Of a stretch of DNA of 64,000 nt, positions 29,943 to 38,316 are shown piece after piece (the first letter of the stretch is position 1; every line of letters starts with the position of its first letter). The notes beneath the pieces were generated by a model that saw only the letters and a program-made list of their open reading frames with translations, was not told where the DNA came from and ran no database searches. Both the position numbers and the translations under genes were made by a program. Source of the stretch: Phycisphaerales bacterium (lineage in GTDB: Bacteria > Planctomycetota > Phycisphaerae > UBA1845 > Fen-1342); assembly GCA_003162245.1 (NCBI GenBank), contig PMMM01000196.1, positions 8,900-72,899 of the forward strand, in the 5' to 3' direction.

Positions 29943-31604
29943 TCACTCTCGCGCGACGGCCGGCGCCCACGGACTACCCAGTTCCAGGCGCGCACGGGGC
30001 GACAGCCGATCGCGCCACATCCGCAGGTTCGCCGCCAGCCGCTCGGCCGACCCGGGCGCGACAGCGAAGAAGCACACCGTCTGCGGCCCTTCGTGGGTCT
30101 GGACACGCCAACTGCCAACGAGGGTCCATCCGGCAGGCACTCCCTGTAACCGGCCTTCCACGAAAAAGCTGTGCAGGATCGCGATCTCGACTTGGTGCTC
30201 CGTGCAGTAGTTGGCTGCCCAGGCCCGGTTGAAGGAACCAGCGCGGTACGCCCGGGTCACGTCGGTCGTGCCCAGCCCCCACAAATCGACGAGCCGGGAC
30301 CCGCTGTACCACGACGTCGCCCCGAGGTCGCAAACCGCCACCGTCCGGTCACGGTAGAATTCGTGCAGAAACAGCCCGGACATGTGATTGCGGTCGTACT
30401 CGCGCTCGCAAAAACTCGGAACGAAGCGCATCAGGGCCACTGCTCGTCCGACGTACGGCTCCGACAGGCTCAGCGCCACCATTACCACGAGCAACGCCGT
30501 CGGAGCGTGGCGGGCCGGATGGGCCAGCAGCGCCCGCCGCGCGCCGGTTACGAGTCGCGCGGCGACTGGGCCCGAGATCAGTACCAGGATCAGAAGCCCC
30601 GAACCAACCAGGTAGGCTTCGTAGCGCTGCATCCCAGCCTGGATCGGGGCGAACTGCAGGTGGAGGAAAACGGTCGTCAGCCACAGCACGATCCACGTGC
30701 GTCGGCGGGCTGCGCTCTGGTCATCGGACGGCAGCACGAAATACGCGACCGCCAACAACAGCACTGTTTCCAACAGCGCCGTGCAGACCTGAAATCCATG
30801 CTGCTGCTCCAGGAAGATGAACCGGAACAGGCCCGCCGCCGATGCCTGCGGGAAATCACCTTTCATCAGAAGCGAGTTTGGCAAGAACGGTCCCCCCTGT
30901 CCGAGCGCGTACAGCCCGAACGCCATCATCGGGAAGAACCCGGCTGCGGCCATGAGCAGCACAAGCGCCCAGCGCCGCTGGATCAGCAAGAACAACGCCG
31001 CCGCCGCGACGGCAAACAACCCCTCGTACCGCGTGCCTGCCATGAGCGTGGCGAGCACGGCCAGCGCCCACACCGTTCTGGGGCGCGACGGTCGCTCATG
31101 CAGGACCTTCACCGCAAAATGCGCAAAGCCAATGAACAAGCACAGGTGCAGCGCGTGCTCCATGCCCATGAAGACCAGGGTCGTCAGGGGAGTCACAAAG
31201 ACCATCGCGACCAAGCCAACGAGCGTCGCCGCAGCGCCGATCCGGTACGCGCGCAGCACGAGCGTCGACACGGCCAGCACCGCCAAGGCCGACAGCAGAC
31301 TGAGCCCCAACGGTATCCAGGCCGGCGGAACCAGCCCCGCCGCGAGCGTCAATGACAGCAGCGCGGTCCAGACCGGCGAGGACGACGCGCCGCAGAACAC
31401 GTGCGGGGAAAGTCCCCATGTGCCCGTCTGCAGGAGGTTCCGCGCCAGCGACAGGTGGATGTAACCATCGTCGATCATGTATCCCACCTGCCCCAGCCGT
31501 CGCACGACGACGACCGTGACCAGGGTCACGACCGACAACAGGAGGCCGGCGCTGACCGCCAGCCCGAGAAAACCGTCGAAGTTCTTTTTGCCGATCGCCG
31601 ACAT
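29943..31604 (-). CDS. GT-C-like polytopic membrane protein (AftB/arabinofuranosyltransferase-like)
   Basis: DDGYIHLSLARNL, GASSSPVW, GMEHAL, TRYEG; C-terminal DLGA..LVDLWGL. Confidence 0.7.
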   Translation of the reverse strand: MSAIGKKNFDGFLGLAVSAGLLLSVVTLVTVVVVRRLGQVGYMIDDGYIHLSLARNLLQTGTWGLSPHVFCGASSSPVWTALLSLTLAAGLVPPAWIPLGLSLLSALAVLAVSTLVLRAYRIGAAATLVGLVAMVFVTPLTTLVFMGMEHALHLCLFIGFAHFAVKVLHERPSRPRTVWALAVLATLMAGTRYEGLFAVAAAALFLLIQRRWALVLLMAAAGFFPMMAFGLYALGQGGPFLPNSLLMKGDFPQASAAGLFRFIFLEQQHGFQVCTALLETVLLLAVAYFVLPSDDQSAARRRTWIVLWLTTVFLHLQFAPIQAGMQRYEAYLVGSGLLILVLISGPVAARLVTGARRALLAHPARHAPTALLVVMVALSLSEPYVGRAVALMRFVPSFCEREYDRNHMSGLFLHEFYRDRTVAVCDLGATSWYSGSRLVDLWGLGTTDVTRAYRAGSFNRAWAANYCTEHQVEIAILHSFFVEGRLQGVPAGWTLVGSWRVQTHEGPQTVCFFAVAPGSAERLAANLRMWRDRLSPRARLELGSPWAPAVARE

Positions 31605-31907
31605 GGCCGCCTTTCCCGAAAGCACCACGTACGCAGTGCAATGCCCACCCAGCATCAGTCCTGCCGCACAGGATCTCGACCTTCACGAGTGACTTGGCCG
31701 GACCCCGCGCTAAGACCCTCATATAATACTGCCGGCGGTCCGAAGGAGGAATCACCTTCTTGCGGAAGTCACTAATTATCGGACCAATCGACGCACCCAC
31801 CGGCCGACTCACGATAAAATGCGTTCTCCGCGCCATTGCGCACCCGCGCCCATCGCAAGCCGGCCTGTGGGCGTTGTGTTTATGTGCCCGGCCCCGCGAG
31901 AAACCGC

Positions 31908-33485
31908 ATGAACATCGTTTTGGACGGTAACTCCCTCTCCATCGAACAGATCGTCGCCATCGCCCGCCAACATGCACCGGTTTCGCTTGATCCCGCGGCC
32001 CGGCAGAAGGTCCAACGCTCCCGCGACTTCCTGGAAAAATGCGTCCGCGACGGAATCGCGATCTACGGCGTCACGACCGGCATCGGCGAGTTGGCCCGCG
32101 TCCGCATCTCGCCGGAGCAAAGCGCCGAACTGAGCCGGCGGATCATCTACAGCCATTCCGCGGGCACCGGCAACCCGTTTCCGGAGGACGCGGTGCGGGC
32201 GGCGATGCTCCTGCGCGCCAACGTGCTCGCGAAGGGCTGTTCGGGCGTGCGGACCAGCCTGCTCGACACCGTCATCGAGATGATCAACAAGGGCGTCGTG
32301 CCGTGGATCCAGGAGAAAGGCTCACTGGGCGTCAGCGGCGACCTGTCGCCCATGTCCCAGTTCGCCGAGGTCGCCATCGGCGAGGGCAAAGCCTACTACA
32401 AGGGCGAATTGCTCCCCGGCGGCGAGGCGATGCGGCGGGCAGGCGTCATGCCGACCGACCTTACATTCAAGGAGGGCCTCGGCCTGATCAACGGGTCGCA
32501 GATGATGACCGGCGGCGCCGCGTTGCTCGTCTACGACGCCGAACGCGTGCTCAAGAACGCGGTGATCGCGGCGGCGATGACGCTCGACGCGCTGCGGGCG
32601 GTTGAGCACGCTTTCGACCCGCGCATTCACCGAGCGCGGCCGTATCCCGGGCAGAACGCGATTGCCGCCAACCTCGTCAAGCTCTTCGCCGGCAGCCAGA
32701 TCATGGCGGACAAGACCGGGAAGGTGCAGGACGGGTACAGCATGCGCTGCACGCCACAGGCCCTGGGGCCGTCGTTCGATACGCTCGAACACGTCCGGAA
32801 GGTCGTGAACATCGAGGTGAATTCGGCGGCGGACAACCCGCTGTTCTTCCCGGACGAGCAGCAGTACTTCGCGGCCGGCAATTTCCACGGGCAGCCGATC
32901 GGCATGGTGGTCGATTTCCTGTGCATCGCGCTCGCCGAGGCGGCCGACATTTCCGAGCGGCACACGAACCGCCTGCTCAACCCGGTTCTTTCGAGCCTGC
33001 CCGATTTTCTCGTCACCGGCAACGGGCTCAACAGCGGGCTGATGGTGGCGCAGTACACGGCCGCCGCGCTCGTGTCGGAAAACAAGGTGCTGTCGCACCC
33101 GGCGAGCGTGGATTCGATCAGCGTGTCGGCGGACCAGGAGGACCACGTGAGCATGGGGCCGATCGCGGTGCGCAAGTGCGGCGAGATCCTCCGCAACGTC
33201 CGGGCGGTGCTGGCGATCGAGATGCTCTGCGCCGCGCAGGCGATGGACTTCTATAAGGACAAGGACGGCCGGCCGAAGCGCCCGGGTAAGGGCACGGCGG
33301 TCGCGCACGACCTCATTCGCGAGAAGGTGCCGTTCATGGAGAACGACCGGGTGCTGCACCCGGACATCGAGGCGGTGCGGCAACTCGTGGAGTCGAACAC
33401 GATCCTCGATGCGGTCGAAAAAACGGTCGGCCCGCTGCTCCTGGCCCGCGACGTGGAGTTGCCGGGGCCGAATGTGGCGTATTAG
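31908..33485 (+). CDS. hutH: Histidine ammonia-lyase-like MIO enzyme
   Basis: YGVTTGIG, SH specificity pair, KEGLGLING, QDGYSMRC, GNFHG, QEDHVSMG; MIO triad reads V-S-G. Confidence 0.8.
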   Translation: MNIVLDGNSLSIEQIVAIARQHAPVSLDPAARQKVQRSRDFLEKCVRDGIAIYGVTTGIGELARVRISPEQSAELSRRIIYSHSAGTGNPFPEDAVRAAMLLRANVLAKGCSGVRTSLLDTVIEMINKGVVPWIQEKGSLGVSGDLSPMSQFAEVAIGEGKAYYKGELLPGGEAMRRAGVMPTDLTFKEGLGLINGSQMMTGGAALLVYDAERVLKNAVIAAAMTLDALRAVEHAFDPRIHRARPYPGQNAIAANLVKLFAGSQIMADKTGKVQDGYSMRCTPQALGPSFDTLEHVRKVVNIEVNSAADNPLFFPDEQQYFAAGNFHGQPIGMVVDFLCIALAEAADISERHTNRLLNPVLSSLPDFLVTGNGLNSGLMVAQYTAAALVSENKVLSHPASVDSISVSADQEDHVSMGPIAVRKCGEILRNVRAVLAIEMLCAAQAMDFYKDKDGRPKRPGKGTAVAHDLIREKVPFMENDRVLHPDIEAVRQLVESNTILDAVEKTVGPLLLARDVELPGPNVAY

Positions 33486-33976
33486 GCAGCCGCGGGCGGC
33501 TGGAGCCTGCTGGCGCTCAAGGGGCGCTCGGTCCGTCGGTCGCAGGTTCGCAGCGGGAGTGGCCGGGCAACCAGAGGCTGGCGAAGGTCCGGATAAACGA
33601 CCGAAATGGGCTGAATCGGCGGGACGGCGGGCACCCATGTCCGTGCTGGGGGGCAAGTTGCGGCGCTGGACCTAGCCGACGGAGGGGTGGGGCCGGTCGC
33701 CAGAGCTGTCGGCTCGATAGCGGGGGGCGGAAGGAGGCCTGGCCCGGGTCAGGTCCGCAAATCCGGTCGGATTTCTGTTGCACGAGGACCACCGGCGCCG
33801 TAGACTGACATGAAGATTGAGAGAGGCCGAGACGCAAAGGGCGTTTCGGATGTGTTTTGCGATACGGAGTGAGGCAGAAGCCACCAGATCATCTGTGCGA
33901 AACCAGCGTACGCTTGGGCGCGGATGATCGAGTACCGTCTGTCGTTCGACAACGGGAGACGTGAGAGGAGGAAGGT

Positions 33977-34897
33977 ATGCGATCCAGTTGTTTTGCGTGT
34001 GTGGTGGGTCTGTTGCTAGCGGCGTCGCCGGTCTTCGGCACCTCGCTTTACAGCCAGGATTTCGAAGTCGACTCGACCGCGAGTTGGACGGTCAATAACG
34101 GGCCGTCGGACGCCGCGGCTAATTTCTTCTTCGACTATTCCACGGTTGGCATCCCCGCCGCGCCCGGCGGCACGGGGACACGCGGCATGAAGCTGCAGGC
34201 CAACCTGAACAACGGCGTTTTCGGTGGGATGAGCGCCTCGCCGATCGGCCAGAGCTTCACCGGCAACTACACCGTCGAGTTCGACTGGTGGGAGAATTGG
34301 AACGGCCCGTTCCCGGGCGGCGGGAATGGCTCGACCAATATGGGGACCTACGGCATCGGCACCGCTGGGGCTACGACACAGTGGCCGGGTGGCGTCCAGG
34401 ACAGCGTCTGGTTTGCCGGCACCGGGGACGGCGGCTCGGCCCAAGACTGGCGCGCCTACTCCAGCGCCGCGGCGACGGGCTACCTAGTGGCCAGCGGGGT
34501 GTACGCGTTCCCGAGCCAGAATAACACCAACGCCTATTTCGCCACCACCTTCCCCGCCAGGACCGCGCCGGCCGCGCAGCTCGCCCTCTATGCGCAGCAG
34601 ACCGGCTCCACGGCGGTCGGCAGCGGCGGCATGGCATGGCACCACGTTGTGATTGCGAAGGTGGGCACGACCGCGACGTGGAAGATCGACAATCTGCTGA
34701 TGGCGACCATCGATCTCACCACCGTCACCCTCGGCGGCGGCGACATCTTCTTCGGCCACAGCGACGTCAACGTCGGATCGTCGACCGACCCGCTTAGAGC
34801 GGACCTGTTGTTCACGCTGATCGACAATGTCCTCGTTACGCCGGAGCCCGGGTCGCTGCTCGTGCTAGCGCTGGGCCTGTTGCTGCGACGGCGTTAG
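33977..34897 (+). CDS. PEP-CTERM sorting-domain surface protein
   Basis: Signal peptide; Gly/Thr-rich beta domain; TPEPGSLLVLALGLLLRRR; strong RBS GAGGAGG. Confidence 0.88.
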   Translation: MRSSCFACVVGLLLAASPVFGTSLYSQDFEVDSTASWTVNNGPSDAAANFFFDYSTVGIPAAPGGTGTRGMKLQANLNNGVFGGMSASPIGQSFTGNYTVEFDWWENWNGPFPGGGNGSTNMGTYGIGTAGATTQWPGGVQDSVWFAGTGDGGSAQDWRAYSSAAATGYLVASGVYAFPSQNNTNAYFATTFPARTAPAAQLALYAQQTGSTAVGSGGMAWHHVVIAKVGTTATWKIDNLLMATIDLTTVTLGGGDIFFGHSDVNVGSSTDPLRADLLFTLIDNVLVTPEPGSLLVLALGLLLRRR

Positions 34898-34923
34898 ACG
34901 GTTCTCAACCCAAGAAGCACGTG

Positions 34924-34956
34924 TCGGCGAGGTCGTCCATGCGGCGACCTCGCCGA
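34924..34956 (+). terminator. Stem-loop downstream of PEP-CTERM gene
   Basis: 12-bp perfect stem TCGGCGAGGTCG/CGACCTCGCCGA; no U tract. Confidence 0.45.
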
Positions 34957-35012
34957 TTCCGTATTGTGGGGGCGTCGTGTCCGACGGCGCGCGGTTTCCC
35001 TGCGGCGCGACG

Positions 35013-35041
35013 TTGGAAAGGCGGGCCGCGGAGGGTACAAT
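35013..35041 (+). promoter_or_regulatory. Sigma70-type promoter of the efflux operon
   Basis: TTGGAA-N17-TACAAT, about 30 nt before the ATG at 35073. Confidence 0.55.
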
Positions 35042-35072
35042 GCTAAATCGCGAGCTGATAGTGGGCTTTAGG

Positions 35073-36269
35073 ATGCGGATAGCAGTCATAGCGCTCATCA
35101 TCTTGGCCTTGGCGTCCGGGGGTTGGTATAGCTATCAACGTTGGGTCGCACCGCCCGAGCAAGTGAGCTACAAGGAGGCGGAGGTCCGGCGCGGCACGGT
35201 GGTGGCGACCGTCTCGGCGACGGGCACGGTGCAGCCGCTGCTGAAGGTACTGGTGGGCTCGCAGGTCAGCGGCACGATCACGCACTGGTACGCCGACTTC
35301 AACCAGCGTGTCGAGCAGGGCTTCGTGCTGGCGGAGTTGGATCAGGACCGCTACAAGGCGCAGGCGGAACAGAAGACGGGGGCGGTGGCAGTGTCGCGGG
35401 CGCGCGTCGAGGAAGCCCAGGCCAAGCTGGCGACGGCGCGGCTCGAACGCGAGCGGATCGAGAGCGCTTTCAAGCGGTCGGCCGCCTCGGAATTCGAGGT
35501 GGATTCGACGCGGGCGGCGGAAGCGGCGGCGGTGGCCGGGCTGCACGCCACCGAGGCCCAGTTGCAGGCCGACGAAGCGGATCTGCGGATGGCGCAGGTC
35601 GAGCTGGACAAGACGATCATCCGCTCGCCGATCGAGGGGGTCGTCATCTCACGCGACGTCGATGCCGGCCAAACGGTGGCCGCGTCGCTGTCTGCGCCGA
35701 CCCTGTTCACGATTGCCAACGACTTGAGCAAGATGCAGGTGAACGCGGCGGTGAGCGAGACGGACATCGGCAAGGTCCGCGAGGGGATGGACGCGGAGTT
35801 CCGGGTGGATGCGTATCCGACCCGGCGGTTCCGCGGGACCGTGGCCCAGGTCCGGTACGCCGAGACCGTGGTCGACAACGTCGTGACCTATACGACGCTC
35901 ATCAACGTGGACAACGCCGACCTGGTGCTGCGGCCGGGCATGACGGCGACCATTCTGTTCCAGACTGCGAGGGCCGAGGACGTGTTGATCGTGCCGAACG
36001 CGGCGCTGCGGTTCAACCCGCAGGCGGCGGAGGCGGCCGACGTCGACTGGCGCCGGCCTGCCAAAGGCCAGCCGCTTCAGCCGCGCGTGTTCCAGCTTCG
36101 GGGTGGCGTGCTGGGCCAGGTGCCCGTCGAGCTGGGGCTGAACGATGGCACGTTCACCGAGATTCGCACGGCGGCACTCAAGGAAGGCGACAAGATCGTG
36201 CTCGAACAGCAGGTGCGCGGCAAGTCCTCCTCCGCGCGGCCGCCGGCGCAACGCATGCCCAGGATGTAA
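35073..36269 (+). CDS. Efflux periplasmic adaptor (MacA-like MFP)
   Basis: N-terminal TM; VGSQVSG, IRSPIEGVV, GQTVAAS, LRPGMTA, VPNAAL. Confidence 0.92.
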   Translation: MRIAVIALIILALASGGWYSYQRWVAPPEQVSYKEAEVRRGTVVATVSATGTVQPLLKVLVGSQVSGTITHWYADFNQRVEQGFVLAELDQDRYKAQAEQKTGAVAVSRARVEEAQAKLATARLERERIESAFKRSAASEFEVDSTRAAEAAAVAGLHATEAQLQADEADLRMAQVELDKTIIRSPIEGVVISRDVDAGQTVAASLSAPTLFTIANDLSKMQVNAAVSETDIGKVREGMDAEFRVDAYPTRRFRGTVAQVRYAETVVDNVVTYTTLINVDNADLVLRPGMTATILFQTARAEDVLIVPNAALRFNPQAAEAADVDWRRPAKGQPLQPRVFQLRGGVLGQVPVELGLNDGTFTEIRTAALKEGDKIVLEQQVRGKSSSARPPAQRMPRM

Positions 36270-37015
36270 TGGACGCGCCCCTCATCGACATACGAGAAGC
36301 CTGGAAGTCGTACCACCTCGACGAGGTCGAGGTGCCGGCGGTGCGGGGAGTCTCTTTGACGATTCCGAGCGGGCAGTTCGTCGCGATCACCGGCGCGAGC
36401 GGCTCCGGTAAATCGACGTTCATGCACGTGGTCGGGTGCCTCGACCGGCTGGAGCGCGGCTCGTACGCCTTCGAGGGCCGGCTCGTGGACGAACTCACCC
36501 GCCGGCAACTCGCCCACCTGCGCAACCACCGCATCGGCTTCGTCTTTCAGAGCTTTAACCTGCTGGCCCGTACGAGCATCGTGGACAACGTGGCCATGCC
36601 GCTGGCGTACCAGGGCGTGCGGCGCCGCGAGCGGCGGCGACGAGCCAGCGCCATGCTCGAACGCATCGGCCTCGGCGATCGCCTCCGCCACCATCCGAAC
36701 CAGCTCTCCGGCGGGCAGCAGCAGCGGGTGGCGCTCGCGCGGGCCCTGGTCACCAACCCCGGTGTCGTGCTCGCCGACGAGCCGACGGGCAACCTCGACA
36801 CGACCACTAGCCAAGAGATCATGGTGCTGCTCCAGACGATGAACCGGGAGGAAGGGGTGAGCATCGTGCTGGTGACGCACGAAACGGACATTGCGGCCTT
36901 TGCGCAGCGTAAGGTCATGTTCCGCGACGGCCGCATCGTGATTGACACCGACCACCCTGAGCTGAGCCCAAGCGGTGGCGAGGAGCGAGCCAAAGCGGGA
37001 AGCGAGGCGGCCTGA
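36269..37015 (+). CDS. ABC ATP-binding protein (MacB/LolD-like)
   Basis: GASGSGKS, LSGGQQQRV, ADEPTGNLD; TAATG coupling to the upstream gene. Confidence 0.93.
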   Translation: MDAPLIDIREAWKSYHLDEVEVPAVRGVSLTIPSGQFVAITGASGSGKSTFMHVVGCLDRLERGSYAFEGRLVDELTRRQLAHLRNHRIGFVFQSFNLLARTSIVDNVAMPLAYQGVRRRERRRRASAMLERIGLGDRLRHHPNQLSGGQQQRVALARALVTNPGVVLADEPTGNLDTTTSQEIMVLLQTMNREEGVSIVLVTHETDIAAFAQRKVMFRDGRIVIDTDHPELSPSGGEERAKAGSEAA

Positions 37016-38234
37016 CGTGGGAATCTTCAGCGTCATCGCGGAATCACTGCACAGCCTGGGGAAGAACAAGGTCCGCACGGCGTTGTCGGTCCTGGGGATT
37101 GTCATCGGCATCGCGGCCGTGATCGCGATGGTCGCCGTCGCGGCCGGTGCCCAGCGGAAGGTCGAGCGGGAGATCGCCTCGATCGGCGACGACTGGCTGA
37201 CGATCTCGTACACGGGTATGGACCGCGGGGGCGTGCGTCGCGAGCAGGCCATGCCGCGGAACATGAGCAAGGACGACGCGGAGGCGATCGAGCGGGAGTG
37301 CTCGGCGGTGCGGGCCGCTTCCCCGACGAACCGCGTGCGCGGGCAGGCCATCTCGCAGTTCGGAAACTACCAGTGCGCTTCGATGGGCGTGTACCCGAAC
37401 TTTTTCGACATCCGCCGCTGGCCCTGCGCTGTCGGGCGGGCGTTCGCGCGGGAGGACATGGAGCTGTACACCAAGGTGTGCTGCCTCGGGACGACCGCGG
37501 CCCGCGAGCTGTTCGGCGGGGTCAACCCGGTGGGGCAGACGATCCGCGTGAACCGCGTGGCGTTCGAGGTACTCGGGCTGCTGGAGTCGAAGGGCGTGGG
37601 CAGTGACGGGCGCGATTTCGACGACGTCATTCTGTTCCCGTTCACGTCCTTCGAGCGGCTCATTGCGGGCAACGAGCCGTCCGGGACGCTATTCGCGGCC
37701 GCGAAGGCCGGGGTGCCGCTGGCCGTCGCCAAGGAGCAGATTCGTCAGCTCCTGCGGCAGCGGCATCACCTGGCGGACGAAGACGACGACACGTTCCGCA
37801 TCTTCGACCGCTCGCTGACCGCCGAGGCCAGCGCGGAAGCGACGCGGACGTTCAACCTGCTGCTGACGTCGATCGCGTCGATTTCGCTGATCGTGGGCGG
37901 CGTGGGGATCATGAACATCATGCTCGTGTCGGTGACGGAGCGGACGCGCGAGATCGGCCTGCGGATGGCCATCGGCGCGTACGGGACACAGATCCTCGGT
38001 CAGTTCCTGTGCGAAGCCATCGTGCTGTGCATGCTCGGGGGGCTGCTTGGCTTCGCGGCCGGCTGCGGCCTGGCGCGGTTCGTCGCGGCGCAGTACCAGT
38101 GGGAGGTCGAGGTGTCCTACTGGATGGCCGGCGTCGCGATCGCCTTTGCCACCAGCGTCGGCGTGTTCTTCGGCTTCTACCCCGCCTGGCGTGCCAGCCG
38201 CCTCGATCCCATCGCGGCGCTGCGGTACGAGTAG
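36975..38234 (+). CDS. MacB-like ABC permease (start may be GTG 37017)
   Basis: LGIVIGIAAVI, GGVGIMNIMLVSVTERTREIG, PAWRASRLDPIAALRYE. Confidence 0.92.
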   Translation: MARSEPKREARRPDVGIFSVIAESLHSLGKNKVRTALSVLGIVIGIAAVIAMVAVAAGAQRKVEREIASIGDDWLTISYTGMDRGGVRREQAMPRNMSKDDAEAIERECSAVRAASPTNRVRGQAISQFGNYQCASMGVYPNFFDIRRWPCAVGRAFAREDMELYTKVCCLGTTAARELFGGVNPVGQTIRVNRVAFEVLGLLESKGVGSDGRDFDDVILFPFTSFERLIAGNEPSGTLFAAAKAGVPLAVAKEQIRQLLRQRHHLADEDDDTFRIFDRSLTAEASAEATRTFNLLLTSIASISLIVGGVGIMNIMLVSVTERTREIGLRMAIGAYGTQILGQFLCEAIVLCMLGGLLGFAAGCGLARFVAAQYQWEVEVSYWMAGVAIAFATSVGVFFGFYPAWRASRLDPIAALRYE

Positions 38235-38281
38235 GTCCGGCGCGGCCTGCTCCTGGTCTGGTCGTACGCCCTCTACCTCCG

Positions 38282-38308
38282 AATCTGCGTCATCTGCGCA
38301 ATCTGCGG
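38282..38308. repeat. Three tandem 9-mers (consensus AATCTGCGN)
   Basis: aatctgcgt catctgcgc aatctgcgg between convergent genes. Confidence 0.7.
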
Positions 38309-38316
38309 ACGAACTC

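Noticed and set aside
33800..33850. c-di-GMP-I riboswitch suggested by GACGCAAAG
   Set aside because: Upstream GGCAAAC/GNRA P2 elements and pairing are absent
35141..36268. Long N-terminal extension on the ABC ATPase
   Set aside because: Overlaps the MFP gene in another frame; the TAATG junction marks the true start at 36269
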